This document shows, in pieces, positions 35,898 through 45,588 of a stretch of DNA of 45,588 bases. The stretch's first letter is position 1; each line of letters starts with the position of its first letter. This stretch comes from a virus. Its lineage: Duplodnaviria; Caudoviricetes. The stretch covers positions 1 through 45,588 of IMG/VR virus record IMGVR_UViG_3300025846_000023, one strand, 5' to 3'. The notes under the pieces were generated by a model. That model was not told the origin of the DNA. It did no database searches and saw nothing but the letters and a program-made list of their open reading frames with translations. Both the position numbers and the translations under genes were made by a program.

Positions 35898-38800
35898 ATG
35901 ACAGCATATGAAAAGCTCGCGGCAGAAGCGGAAGCGATACGTAATAAAAACGCGGGGGGAAACTCCCGCTATGATAAATTAGTGGCAGAACAGCGCAAAG
36001 TGACCGAAAAAAAGCAACTTGACAAGATGAATTTCGGCTCGGCAGCGGCTTCAATATCACGCACATCAGCAGATGCCGCTGCCATAGCGACGCAGAAAAA
36101 AACCGGTCAGATGGCAGCAACGAAAGCTCCCATTCCTACCGTTTCAAGTCTTCGGTTGCCGGAAAACCCGGTAGCGGTGGCGATACAAAAAAAAGTGGCA
36201 GAGACGGTAAAAGCACGCGCCGCTGTCCCGACGGTAAAGACTGATCCCGCCGCAGATATGAACGTCTTGCAAAAAATCGACTACTATAAAAATAAATATA
36301 ATCCGCTTGCACTCGGCGACATGGCGATAAATCAAGCCGGTGCGGGTGCGGCACAATTCGGTGCGGCTGTAGCTGACAGTGTAGTTGCGCCGCTTAGAGG
36401 TCGGGGCGTGAACTATCCGAAAGCACAGACGGCCGCAGAGGCATGGAGTGTCAAGCCCGCAGTACCCACAACGCCTGTGACAAAATATATTAACAACGCC
36501 CGCGAAACGTTGTCACTCTCACGGAAAGCGCGGCAGAATTATTATTTGAGCGGCAACACGGTACAGGACAAATCTGATGCATACTCTACGAAGATTGCCG
36601 ATAAGTACGCAGATTTAACCGATAATGACGTTACGAAAGCGTTATCAGACCTTGCGTCGTCCGCGGGATATATGATACCCGTCGCCGTCACAAACATGAT
36701 TATACCCAGTTCCGGCACGGCTTTACTGTTCGCGGCGGGATATTCGTCGGGCGAACGTCAGGCTTTGAAAGCAGGCGGTACAGCGGCAGAGGCATCGGCG
36801 TATGCATATCTGAACGGATTAAACCAGTCCGTGGGTGAAATGCTTATAGGCGGCGTTCTCGGCAAAGGTGAGGGCGCGATTGATTCTCTGCTGAAAAAAG
36901 TCGGAGTTGACCTCACGGCGAAGATAGCGAACCCGACCATAAAGGCATGGGCTGATTATGCGGTGTCTATTTTCGGCGAGGGCGCGGAGGAAGTTGTTCA
37001 GGGCGTGGCAGATATCGCCATGCAGAAAACTACATATAACCCTGCCGCAAAGTTGAACGCGGGAGACCTTGCGTATCAAGGTTTACTCGGCGGTGCGCTG
37101 GGTGGCGTATTCGATTCGGGTAAACTTATAACCGATATTAAAACCGGCCTTACACTCCCATCCGTGAATACACAGCCGCGGATCGCAAACACACAGCAGA
37201 CCGTCACAGACACACCACAATCAACGATAAACGCCCCCTTGCAATTACCGCACGTAAAGCAGAACGCACCGCAGACAGCACAGGCAACGACGCAGACGTT
37301 CGCAGACCGCAACGCCGCAGATGTAACCGCTATTGCCAATAAGTTGCAAACAGGTTTACGTAACGCCGCCGGTGATGAAACATTGACCCGGTATAATGTG
37401 GCAAAAACCGAAACAGAACGCACCGGTGCGATTTATAATGCCGATGTGGAATCCGTTAATACAGCGTCGAAAATTGCAACCGCGGGTGGCTTAGATATAC
37501 GCTATTACAGGCAAGAGGCAAGCGGCGGTACATTGCAGAACGGCTTTACCAAGGATGGTGTATTATATCTTAACGCCGCGTCGAAACAGGCGGCACCACA
37601 AATAATCGCGCATGAATTGACACATAACCTCGAAAACGCGAAAGCATATACCGCGTTGAGCGAATACGTTATAGGCAAACTTGACCCGCAGACACTTGCA
37701 CAAATGCGCACCGATACAGTTAATCTTTATAAGGCGGTAGACCAAAATTTTACCGAAGCCGATGCGGACCGCGAAATTGTATCACAGTATGCGGAATCGA
37801 AACTGTTCACAGATGAAGTGGCGGTCATGGAAGTGGTACGCACCGATAGAACAGTGGGTGAAAAGATTCACACATGGTTGTCGGGCATGGTGACGAAACT
37901 GACCGGGACGAGCGAGGAAAAATATCTGTTACGGGCAAAAGAACTGTATAGCAAGGCGCTGGCACAGACGAGAAATACAGAAAAAACTATTGCATCGCAA
38001 CCCGTTTTGGCTTATAATGTAACGGGGGGTGTTCGCATGAGCATATCTAAAGCCGACGACACCGCATACCTTGATGCGGTAACCCGCGGCGACACGAAAG
38101 CCGCGCAGAGGATGGTAAATAAGGCAGCGAAAGAGGTTAACAGCCAAATTCAGAAGCCTAAAATTCAAGGGGATACGTTGTCATATCTTTTACAGATGGT
38201 TGACATGTATGGGGCAGAGGATGCTGATAACCGTCCACGAGTTGAAACCTATCGAGATATAGTAAAAGACTTGAAAAGCAAAGGCATAAATAATATTGAT
38301 GCATATCATGTTACGGATGCCGTGCGCGAAGACTTTGACAAAAGCGGAATAAAAGGTTCAGCACTTAGCTATATCGGGTATAAGAACGGAAATCTAAGAG
38401 ATGAATCGGTTTACTTGTTCCTTGACCCAGCCGACATTGACCTGGGTTATCCCGGAATAACCGGAGCCGCAAAGTCAACAAGCAATGTTATGCATATTGA
38501 AATACCGGTTGAGCGGATTAAAGATTTGCGTTGGGATAGTAATTTCAACGTTACATTCGACACATACAGCGGGGTACGGTTGGTTGGTGATGCGCCTTCA
38601 AAGTGGATTAAAAACGACTATTTGTACGTTCCAAAGCTATCTCCCGCCGTCACCTACGATGATAACGGGAATGTTATACCGTTATCGAAGCGTTTTGATA
38701 GCGGCAATTCCGACATACGCTATTCCATCAGCAAAGTCGATACCGAGGGTAACATATTAACCGGCAAGCAGAAGGAATTTTACAAAGACAGTTATGCGAA

Positions 38801-41800
38801 GCAAGATGAAAAGCTTGATGGTAAAATGGTTGTTGTATATCACGGCACGGCCGAACAATTTACCGTGTTTGATAAAGGGCAGTTGGGGCGTAATACTGAC
38901 GCTCCCAGTGCAAAGAAAGCTTTATTCTTCACAAACGATAAAAAGGTTGCTCAAGGTTATGCGAAAATGGCTGTACCGCAAAGCATAGATGCATTACGGG
39001 CAGAAATGGATAAAGCATACAATAAGTCTACCCGGATAACGAATACGCCGGAAGAACGGAAATCGGCAGACGATGCGTTTAACAAAGCTAAAACGGCATA
39101 CGGCAACGCTTTATACGAACACTATCAAAGTAGCGAAGCAAACGGTATTGTCATGCCGTTGTACCTTGACATAAAAAATCCACTGATTCACGATTATGAG
39201 GGTAAAGAATACCGCGAAGTTTCGTTCAATAAACTATTAAAGGAAGCGTCTGACAACGGAAACGACGGCGTAATATTCAAAAACGTACATGACGAAGTCG
39301 GCATGGATTACAGTGCTGTCAGTGACGTTTATGCTGTGTTTGTCGAAAACCAAGCAAAATCCGTTGATAATAAATCACCTACAACCAGCACCGACATACG
39401 CTACAGCGTCACTCCCGACACCGCAGAGGCAGAAGTTGCCGCGAAAAAGGACATCACCGAACGGCTACGTTCAATCGTCGCCGGGATAGACGCGAAATAT
39501 GTGAAACAGTCGGAAGCGGCTACGCAGGAAACACGCCAGAAACTTGACGTTATTATATCCGCTGAAAATGCGCGGAGTTTTGCCGAACCTGGCACAGACG
39601 GTGAAGTATACACGCCTACAGAGGCAGAAACAAAAGCAGATACCTCTGAAATATTGCGTTCGCTGGTTGCGGAAGCAAATTCAAAAACGAAACTCAGTGA
39701 CGCAGATCAGGCGCAGATTGCAGAGGAACACGCAAAAATAGTATTGCTTACCGAGGCTGAAGCGCTGTTGAAAACCGGTGACCCCATCAATAAACAGTTT
39801 GACACGTATAATAAGGCAAAACAGGATTACCGTGCCGCCGTTTACGCACAGCGTGCAGACCCGTCGAGCATGAGCGAAACCGATCTTTTGCACTATGCAA
39901 GTAAAGTCGAAGACATTCGTAATGGCATATTGAGAAAACTTGAAATTCGCGACGTTAATGTGTCAGAATCCGTCAAGAACGGTACCTTCTCCGAGACTAT
40001 GCAGAAACAATGGAATAAAGTTAAATCTCTCACAAAAGAACATAACCGGGCGCTGAGAAGCGGTGATACTGACATGATCGCGAAGTCAAAAGCAAAACTC
40101 GATGCGGCGAAAGCATATATATCGGATATTAACCGCCGCAGAAAGGCACTTCTTTATAAGGAAGCAGCAACGGCGGTCGGTGACATAACCTTATGGAAAG
40201 ATAAAAAGCTCGGCATTTTGTATCAGCGCGAAACACTTGAGAGAAACATACGCGACATTGCGCCGAATAAAACGACCGCCGAAAATGTTAACCAAAGTTA
40301 CCGCCGTCCGATCGATATAAACGAGGCGGCGCGGAATAAATATAAAATCGATTACCGGGATAAAGTCCGCGCCTTGAATATATCAAAGAAAGAACAGGGC
40401 AAGAACCTTAATACGGAACGTTATGCGGTGCAGTTTGTAGGAGAGTATGATTATAACGTATCCGCGTCAAAGCCTAACCAGAAAGACGCTTACGGTAAAA
40501 CGCGCAGCGATTACGAAGCGGAACTTAACACTTTTATCGCAAACAACCCAGATATAAATTTAACCGAGGTTCGCCGCAAAGCCGCCGTCATGAGCGGTAT
40601 GTATAACGAGATTTTTGCAACGATAAACAAGACATTGGTTGATAACGGTTATCCCCCGGTCGATTCTCGCAAAGGTTATTTCCCGCATTTCAGTGAAAAT
40701 AAACCGGACACGTTGTTGGGGAAGTTGGCAATGAAATTCGGCATCAATGCCGCGCCTGATTCCCTGCCGACCTCAATAAACGGCTTGACATATCAATTTA
40801 AGCCCGGAAAGCGGTGGTTCGGGAATCTGTTGCAGCGCACGGGTGACAAGACCGAATATGACGCCGTCCGCGGCTTCGACAGGTACATTGAAGGCGCGTC
40901 GGACATAATCCACCACACTGCGGATATACAGCGCCTACGGGCATTGGCGGAGCATATACGCACAGCCGGGTCAGACGAGAAACTGCAAGACCAGGCAAAG
41001 AAAATCCGCGCCGACGACACCAAAAACGCTGAGCAGCAACATGAAGCAGTTTCGGCGTTATTTAATGATACAAAACACGCGCTGTCAAATTTCGTGGTAG
41101 ATCTTGACGAATACACAAATCAACTCGCGGGCAAAAAAGCACGGGCCGACCGCGAAACCGAATACGCATTGGGGCGTGGTATGTATAACCTCATGCGCGA
41201 TATCGAAGGGCAAGCCGCGGGAAATATGGTTGCAATGAACCCGCGTTCATGGGCAACACAATACATCCCGATACATCAGGCGGCAGCGCAGATCAGCAAC
41301 AAGAACATGATTTACGGTTCGCTTGCTACATTGAAAACGATGATACAAGACGACGGTATAGGCGACGCATCATCTTTCCTTGTAAACAGGCGCAGCTCTG
41401 ACCCGCTTGTCAAAACAATTATGCAAGGTTTTAAACAAGCGGTGTCCGCTCCCATGTCTTGGATAGATAACTTCGCGGCGAGCACAATCGTACGGGGGCG
41501 CTTTTATGACAACCTTGCAAAAGGACTGTCACATGAAGTGGCGCTTGATGAAGCGGACAGCTTTGCTGCGGCGGTGATGGCAGGACGGTCAAAAGGAAAC
41601 TTACCGACGATGTTCGGTGCGAAGAATCCGGCAATTAAATTATTTACAACGTTTCAACTTGAAGTAAATAATCAGTTGTCGTATTTATTCAAGGACCTGC
41701 CGAGAGAACAAAAAGATAAAGGCGTTGCGTATCTTGCGATGGCTCTGATGAAGTTCTTCGTCGGTGCGTATCTTTTCAACGATCTGTTCGAGTGGCTCCT

Positions 41801-43337
41801 CGGCGACCGACCGGCTCTCGACGTTATGGGCGTGGCAAATGACACGGTGGGCGACGTTACAGGTTACAAACTGCCGAATGCGTTTGAACTCGGAGCGCAG
41901 CTGCTCAAAGGTGGTCGGCTTCCATCCGTAAACGATCTTAAAACCGAGCAGAAACCGCTGAAAAACGCGGGTGCAAATCTTGCTACAAACATCACCGAGC
42001 AGCTTCCTTTTGTCGGCGGTCTGATCGGCGGCGGACGCATACCGATAAGTTCGGCACTGCCGAATCCGGTGAATATATGGAACGCAGGTGCAGGCTATCT
42101 TCAAGGCACCACACCCGGAAATAAAGCAGCGTTTACGATTGGCAAAGAACTGTCAAATCCGTTGTATTATATATTGTTCCCGGTCGGCGGCGGGCAGGTG
42201 AAAAAAGTGTACGAGGGCATTAAATCAGTCAATAAATCCGGCAGTTGGACGATGGATACATCCGGTAACGACATATTGCAATATCCGATACATAGCGGCA
42301 GCACCGGCGAAAAAGTATTAAATTATGCGCGTTCTACCGTCTTCGGCAAAAGCACTCTTCCAACTGCAAATGACTGGGTGGAGGGTGGCTTCAAGAACCT
42401 GTCAAAATCCGCGTCCGAAACTTATGCCGCACTTGTTGGCATGGGCGCGGATTCCCGCAAAACCTATAATGTATTGACCGATTTAGCTTCCACAAAGAAA
42501 ACAGACGAAGAGTCGCAGGCGGCATTACAACGTCAGAAACTGCAAGCGGCTCCCATATCAGCAAGTATGAAAGTCGAAATGTATTATAAAATGCTGACGG
42601 ATGAAAATAGCACCGATAGAAAGATAATAGACGAGTTGAAAAACGCAAATCTGTCCGATGCGGGGATATTCGACACGATTATAAAGTATAAAGACCTTAA
42701 CATAAGCGACGCGAAAGCCGGAGAAAAAGCATTAGATTGGCAACATTGGGTAGACGGTCAGAACTTCACCGATAAGCAAAAAACGATTATTGATGAATAT
42801 ATTGCTTTCCGTGTTGCTCTGCCTGTAGAACCTACGACCTACGAGAAATTTACCACTGCTGGGATGAACACCGACACGGCATATAAAATCGCCGGTACTT
42901 TATCAGACCTCGTACCGTTTGAGGGTAAAAAGGCGGTGTCCGATATGCAGAAGTACAGCGCGATTGTAAAATCTGAATTGCCGAGCGCCGATAAGATGAT
43001 AGCGATAAAAACTATTATGAGCGAGACGGGATATATGACTTTGTTCAAAACCGTCGCGAAAGGTGTGAAACTCGAATATTACGTAAAATATCTGGAGGGT
43101 GTGCATGATATTGTTTCGGATATGAAAGACGGGAAATCGGTCAGCGATTCAAAGAAACTTAAAGTCATGACGTACATCAACGGTATGTTGCTCACCCGTG
43201 CGCAGAAAGACGCGCTGTATCTTGCCGCTGGATATGCAGAAGATACAATCAGCGACGCACCCTGGCGCGGAGGGGAATCATATAGCGGAGATGTTCATTC
43301 GCAAAAGCTTAATAACGTAGTGTTCAAGAAAAAGTAA
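35898..43337 (+). CDS. Large polyvalent/ejection protein with HEXXH metallopeptidase and ADP-ribosyltransferase-like domains
   Basis: AHELTH; YHVT..VYLF; YHGT..FTVFD..FFT..LYLDIKNP..DGVIF; DIRYS boundaries. Confidence 0.8.
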   Translation: MTAYEKLAAEAEAIRNKNAGGNSRYDKLVAEQRKVTEKKQLDKMNFGSAAASISRTSADAAAIATQKKTGQMAATKAPIPTVSSLRLPENPVAVAIQKKVAETVKARAAVPTVKTDPAADMNVLQKIDYYKNKYNPLALGDMAINQAGAGAAQFGAAVADSVVAPLRGRGVNYPKAQTAAEAWSVKPAVPTTPVTKYINNARETLSLSRKARQNYYLSGNTVQDKSDAYSTKIADKYADLTDNDVTKALSDLASSAGYMIPVAVTNMIIPSSGTALLFAAGYSSGERQALKAGGTAAEASAYAYLNGLNQSVGEMLIGGVLGKGEGAIDSLLKKVGVDLTAKIANPTIKAWADYAVSIFGEGAEEVVQGVADIAMQKTTYNPAAKLNAGDLAYQGLLGGALGGVFDSGKLITDIKTGLTLPSVNTQPRIANTQQTVTDTPQSTINAPLQLPHVKQNAPQTAQATTQTFADRNAADVTAIANKLQTGLRNAAGDETLTRYNVAKTETERTGAIYNADVESVNTASKIATAGGLDIRYYRQEASGGTLQNGFTKDGVLYLNAASKQAAPQIIAHELTHNLENAKAYTALSEYVIGKLDPQTLAQMRTDTVNLYKAVDQNFTEADADREIVSQYAESKLFTDEVAVMEVVRTDRTVGEKIHTWLSGMVTKLTGTSEEKYLLRAKELYSKALAQTRNTEKTIASQPVLAYNVTGGVRMSISKADDTAYLDAVTRGDTKAAQRMVNKAAKEVNSQIQKPKIQGDTLSYLLQMVDMYGAEDADNRPRVETYRDIVKDLKSKGINNIDAYHVTDAVREDFDKSGIKGSALSYIGYKNGNLRDESVYLFLDPADIDLGYPGITGAAKSTSNVMHIEIPVERIKDLRWDSNFNVTFDTYSGVRLVGDAPSKWIKNDYLYVPKLSPAVTYDDNGNVIPLSKRFDSGNSDIRYSISKVDTEGNILTGKQKEFYKDSYAKQDEKLDGKMVVVYHGTAEQFTVFDKGQLGRNTDAPSAKKALFFTNDKKVAQGYAKMAVPQSIDALRAEMDKAYNKSTRITNTPEERKSADDAFNKAKTAYGNALYEHYQSSEANGIVMPLYLDIKNPLIHDYEGKEYREVSFNKLLKEASDNGNDGVIFKNVHDEVGMDYSAVSDVYAVFVENQAKSVDNKSPTTSTDIRYSVTPDTAEAEVAAKKDITERLRSIVAGIDAKYVKQSEAATQETRQKLDVIISAENARSFAEPGTDGEVYTPTEAETKADTSEILRSLVAEANSKTKLSDADQAQIAEEHAKIVLLTEAEALLKTGDPINKQFDTYNKAKQDYRAAVYAQRADPSSMSETDLLHYASKVEDIRNGILRKLEIRDVNVSESVKNGTFSETMQKQWNKVKSLTKEHNRALRSGDTDMIAKSKAKLDAAKAYISDINRRRKALLYKEAATAVGDITLWKDKKLGILYQRETLERNIRDIAPNKTTAENVNQSYRRPIDINEAARNKYKIDYRDKVRALNISKKEQGKNLNTERYAVQFVGEYDYNVSASKPNQKDAYGKTRSDYEAELNTFIANNPDINLTEVRRKAAVMSGMYNEIFATINKTLVDNGYPPVDSRKGYFPHFSENKPDTLLGKLAMKFGINAAPDSLPTSINGLTYQFKPGKRWFGNLLQRTGDKTEYDAVRGFDRYIEGASDIIHHTADIQRLRALAEHIRTAGSDEKLQDQAKKIRADDTKNAEQQHEAVSALFNDTKHALSNFVVDLDEYTNQLAGKKARADRETEYALGRGMYNLMRDIEGQAAGNMVAMNPRSWATQYIPIHQAAAQISNKNMIYGSLATLKTMIQDDGIGDASSFLVNRRSSDPLVKTIMQGFKQAVSAPMSWIDNFAASTIVRGRFYDNLAKGLSHEVALDEADSFAAAVMAGRSKGNLPTMFGAKNPAIKLFTTFQLEVNNQLSYLFKDLPREQKDKGVAYLAMALMKFFVGAYLFNDLFEWLLGDRPALDVMGVANDTVGDVTGYKLPNAFELGAQLLKGGRLPSVNDLKTEQKPLKNAGANLATNITEQLPFVGGLIGGGRIPISSALPNPVNIWNAGAGYLQGTTPGNKAAFTIGKELSNPLYYILFPVGGGQVKKVYEGIKSVNKSGSWTMDTSGNDILQYPIHSGSTGEKVLNYARSTVFGKSTLPTANDWVEGGFKNLSKSASETYAALVGMGADSRKTYNVLTDLASTKKTDEESQAALQRQKLQAAPISASMKVEMYYKMLTDENSTDRKIIDELKNANLSDAGIFDTIIKYKDLNISDAKAGEKALDWQHWVDGQNFTDKQKTIIDEYIAFRVALPVEPTTYEKFTTAGMNTDTAYKIAGTLSDLVPFEGKKAVSDMQKYSAIVKSELPSADKMIAIKTIMSETGYMTLFKTVAKGVKLEYYVKYLEGVHDIVSDMKDGKSVSDSKKLKVMTYINGMLLTRAQKDALYLAAGYAEDTISDAPWRGGESYSGDVHSQKLNNVVFKKK

Positions 43338-43450
43338 ATCCACTCCCTTTGTTAGTCCCTTAAGGGAGTTAGTTAATACCGTTTAAAATCGGGCACTTTT
43401 AATGTATTTACACTGCTTTTACGTGCGTATGAACATGTAGGGTAAATAAT

Positions 43451-43495
43451 AAGCACCGCGGATTGTAGTTGTTTTAACTACTTTTCGCGGTGCTT
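43451..43495. terminator. Long hairpin downstream of the tRNA fragment (replacement tRNA terminator, possibly bidirectional)
   Basis: AAGCACCGCG/CGCGGTGCTT with inner GTAGTT/AACTAC. Confidence 0.7.
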
Positions 43496-43501
43496 CTTTA
43501 T

Positions 43502-43546
43502 TGGTGACCCATCGGAGAGTCGAACTCCGGACACCATGATTAAAAG
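43502..43546 (-). other. attP core: 3' half of tRNA-Lys(UUU)
   Basis: Minus strand CTTTTAATCATGGTGTCCGGAGTTCGACTCTCCGATGGGTCACCA: anticodon loop, T-arm, CCA; 53 bp from integrase stop. Confidence 0.88.
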
Positions 43547-43599
43547 GTATAAAGTCCACCATGAAAATCGCAGTTGATTTAACTACGATTCTCGGTACG

Positions 43600-44754
43600 T
43601 TATTTTTTAGTCCCTACGGAAGTCACTGTTTCAGTATACATTTTGTTTATTTTTTCAAGAGCGTCGCTTGACTGATCGTTTGTGTGGTGACCGTAAATTC
43701 GGTCAACCATTGTGATGTCGGCATGACCCATAAGATATTTTGCGGTGTTCATGGGTACGCCGGCGCGAAACAGATCTGTGCAATACGTGTGACGGAGACA
43801 ATAAAGCTGGAGGCTTTTCGGGAGGAACGGATTATTTTTATCTTCTATTAATTTATTACCGTCACGTTCAATACCCATCAATATTTTCATCTCACGTTTG
43901 ATGTTGTTCCAGCGAACTTTCATGCGCTTATGGTCGAACATATTACCGCCATTATCGGTATTCTTAATATGTTGCGTCGTGAACACCAGCGCATCATCAG
44001 CGCCGCGCTCAACTTTTTGCAGGTCGGCATATAGTATATCCGGTATCGGAACATCACGCACACCCGACGCAGATTTAGGCTTGCCTACCTCACCGGAAGC
44101 TTTCAGGGCTTGTCTGACATGAATACAGCGTTTCACCATGTCAATATTCTTCCATGTGAGCGGAACGGTCTCCTGGGGGCGCAACCCGGTATAAAGCAGC
44201 ACCTTGGCCCAAAGACCCGCATAATGTGTTTCGCACACCTGGAGCAGCACAGCGCGTTCCTCGTCGGTCAAGGCGCGGTGTGTTCCGGAGGTTGTCTTTC
44301 GCGGCACGGACGTACCGGTAACCGGATTTACAGTAATATATTTTTCAATAACTGCCTGCTTCATTGCTTCGCTAAGTGCGCCGCGTATTTTCGACACGGA
44401 TGATTTACTCATGCCTTCATAGGTTTTGAGCAGTTTTTGTATATGTATCGGCCGCAAGTTTTTCAGCGGTACGGTTCCGATCTCCGGGTATACATATTTT
44501 GCAAGGTGACTTTTTACCGCATCGAAGTAAGGTTCGGAAATGTTACCCTTTTTGTATGCCTCAAGCCATTCGTCGCACCAGGTCCGTAGCGTGATGTTTT
44601 TACCGCTGAGAGTCTCACCGCTGTCAATTTCGTTTTTACGCTTACGGACTTTCTCGGTCAGATCACGCTCTGACTTTGCGGTGAGATCTATTTTTACGCC
44701 TTGGTATGTTTCTTGATGGCGGTAATAACCGTCGATATCCTTTTTATACGGCAT
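43600..44754 (-). CDS. int: Tyrosine integrase
   Basis: TGLRPQE, PKS, YCLRHT, MGH, IYGH. Confidence 0.95.
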   Translation of the reverse strand: MPYKKDIDGYYRHQETYQGVKIDLTAKSERDLTEKVRKRKNEIDSGETLSGKNITLRTWCDEWLEAYKKGNISEPYFDAVKSHLAKYVYPEIGTVPLKNLRPIHIQKLLKTYEGMSKSSVSKIRGALSEAMKQAVIEKYITVNPVTGTSVPRKTTSGTHRALTDEERAVLLQVCETHYAGLWAKVLLYTGLRPQETVPLTWKNIDMVKRCIHVRQALKASGEVGKPKSASGVRDVPIPDILYADLQKVERGADDALVFTTQHIKNTDNGGNMFDHKRMKVRWNNIKREMKILMGIERDGNKLIEDKNNPFLPKSLQLYCLRHTYCTDLFRAGVPMNTAKYLMGHADITMVDRIYGHHTNDQSSDALEKINKMYTETVTSVGTKK

Positions 44755-44816
44755 AGTTTATGTTCCTTTACTGATGATTAAACCCATCGACGTTATACCG
44801 GTGGGCTGTTTCGTCC

Positions 44817-45557
44817 TTATCCCAATATTAAATAGTTAAGCATTATTATCAGATCATCATTAGCTGCATGATATTCTTTTATGAACGTTGATAGAACATC
44901 ATAGGCTTTATCGTGATTTGAATAATATGCGTCTTTGTTAATCATCAACTCCGAGATATAGCCTGAATACTCAAGCAAGTAATTGGCCAGCGTTTCATAA
45001 CTGTTAGAATAATAATATGCTTCCTGGTATGTCGTTCTGGTAATAAAATTCAGGTTGCTGATTAATATGAGATCATCGTCAAGTTTATCATAATAATCCT
45101 TCAAATTTTCTTTTTGACTGCTGATAATATCTTTTGAGCTTAATATGTAATCCATCGAAGCGCCGTCGGCGACGGTATAATAAATATCACTTAATATATT
45201 ATAACTTGTATATAATTCGTCAAACGCTTTGTGCGCAAGAAAATAATAATTTAATTCTCTTTTGGCAGCGATTGACGGCGAGGTATCCCACTTGTCGATG
45301 ATAACTTTATTGTTTACACCGTCCCAGGCAATAACGGCGCCGAGAGCTTCGGAAACAGCGCGCACGGGCAGATATGTAGTACCTTCATAAATGAACGGCT
45401 CAACAACGTTACCGTTAGCGTCGGTCGGTGTGAAAGCTTCATTGTTGACCGTAATAGTCGCGCCGTACCAGACGGATATGTCTTGCCATCCAGCGGAGGC
45501 GGTGCAGGTTAATGCGAACAGTAGTAAGATAATGCAGATTGATATGATGCGTTTCAT
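44817..45557 (-). CDS. Secreted protein with Cu-amine-oxidase-N-like stalk domain (lysogeny accessory)
   Basis: Signal peptide ending ASA; PFIYEGTTYLPVRAVSEALG..IAWD; SD AGGAGG. Confidence 0.75.
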   Translation of the reverse strand: MKRIISICIILLLFALTCTASAGWQDISVWYGATITVNNEAFTPTDANGNVVEPFIYEGTTYLPVRAVSEALGAVIAWDGVNNKVIIDKWDTSPSIAAKRELNYYFLAHKAFDELYTSYNILSDIYYTVADGASMDYILSSKDIISSQKENLKDYYDKLDDDLILISNLNFITRTTYQEAYYYSNSYETLANYLLEYSGYISELMINKDAYYSNHDKAYDVLSTFIKEYHAANDDLIIMLNYLILG

Positions 45558-45588
45558 GTAAAATCCTCCTATAAATTTAATATATTTT

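Larger units (their letters stand above)
1..45588. mobile_element. Complete temperate phage genome (excised/circular, podovirus-like, Firmicute host)
   Basis: Lysogeny, replication, packaging, head, lysis and integration modules all present; intact attP; terminal 13-bp overlap. Confidence 0.93.

Noticed and set aside
35898-43337. Tape measure protein
   Set aside because: Contains enzymatic domains, and no tail tube or chaperone genes were recognised
43502-43546. Complete tRNA-Lys gene
   Set aside because: No D-arm or 5' acceptor strand upstream of the anticodon loop

Overview
The window appears to be a complete, circularly permuted ~45.6 kb temperate phage genome of a Firmicute host, probably Clostridia. 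Host evidence: sigma-A promoters, GGAGG SDs, GH25 endolysin, LL-H-type holin, Cu-amine-oxidase-N stalk protein. Positions 1-13 equal 45576-45588, and an intact attP (3' half of tRNA-Lys(UUU), 43502-43546) sits beside a tyrosine integrase, so this is the excised form. Gene order: repressor/cro switch, Rha, small early genes, Sak4-like recombination, SSB, replication initiator with iterons, nucleotide-metabolism accessory genes, ArpU/RinA-like activator, Vsr/DUF559-like nuclease, terminases, P22-like portal, scaffold, capsid, adaptor-fibre-phosphoesterase fusion, lysis cassette, short-tail genes, ejection proteins including a 2479-aa polyvalent protein, attP, integrase, secreted lysogeny protein. 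No tape measure or tail tube was recognised, so podovirus-like morphology is inferred. Best leads: (1) an unannotated promoter and 36-aa peptide converging on the repressor and resembling its C-terminal helices (possible SinI-like antirepressor); (2) antisense promoters and sRNAs in the early region; (3) a structured, pseudoknot-capable RNA leader and trailer around the DUF559 nuclease; (4) a PAPS-reductase/DNA-MTase chimera; (5) repeat-bounded ADP-ribosyltransferase cassettes in the polyvalent protein; (6) a tandem element over the scaffold RBS. All family calls come from motif recognition, not database searches.
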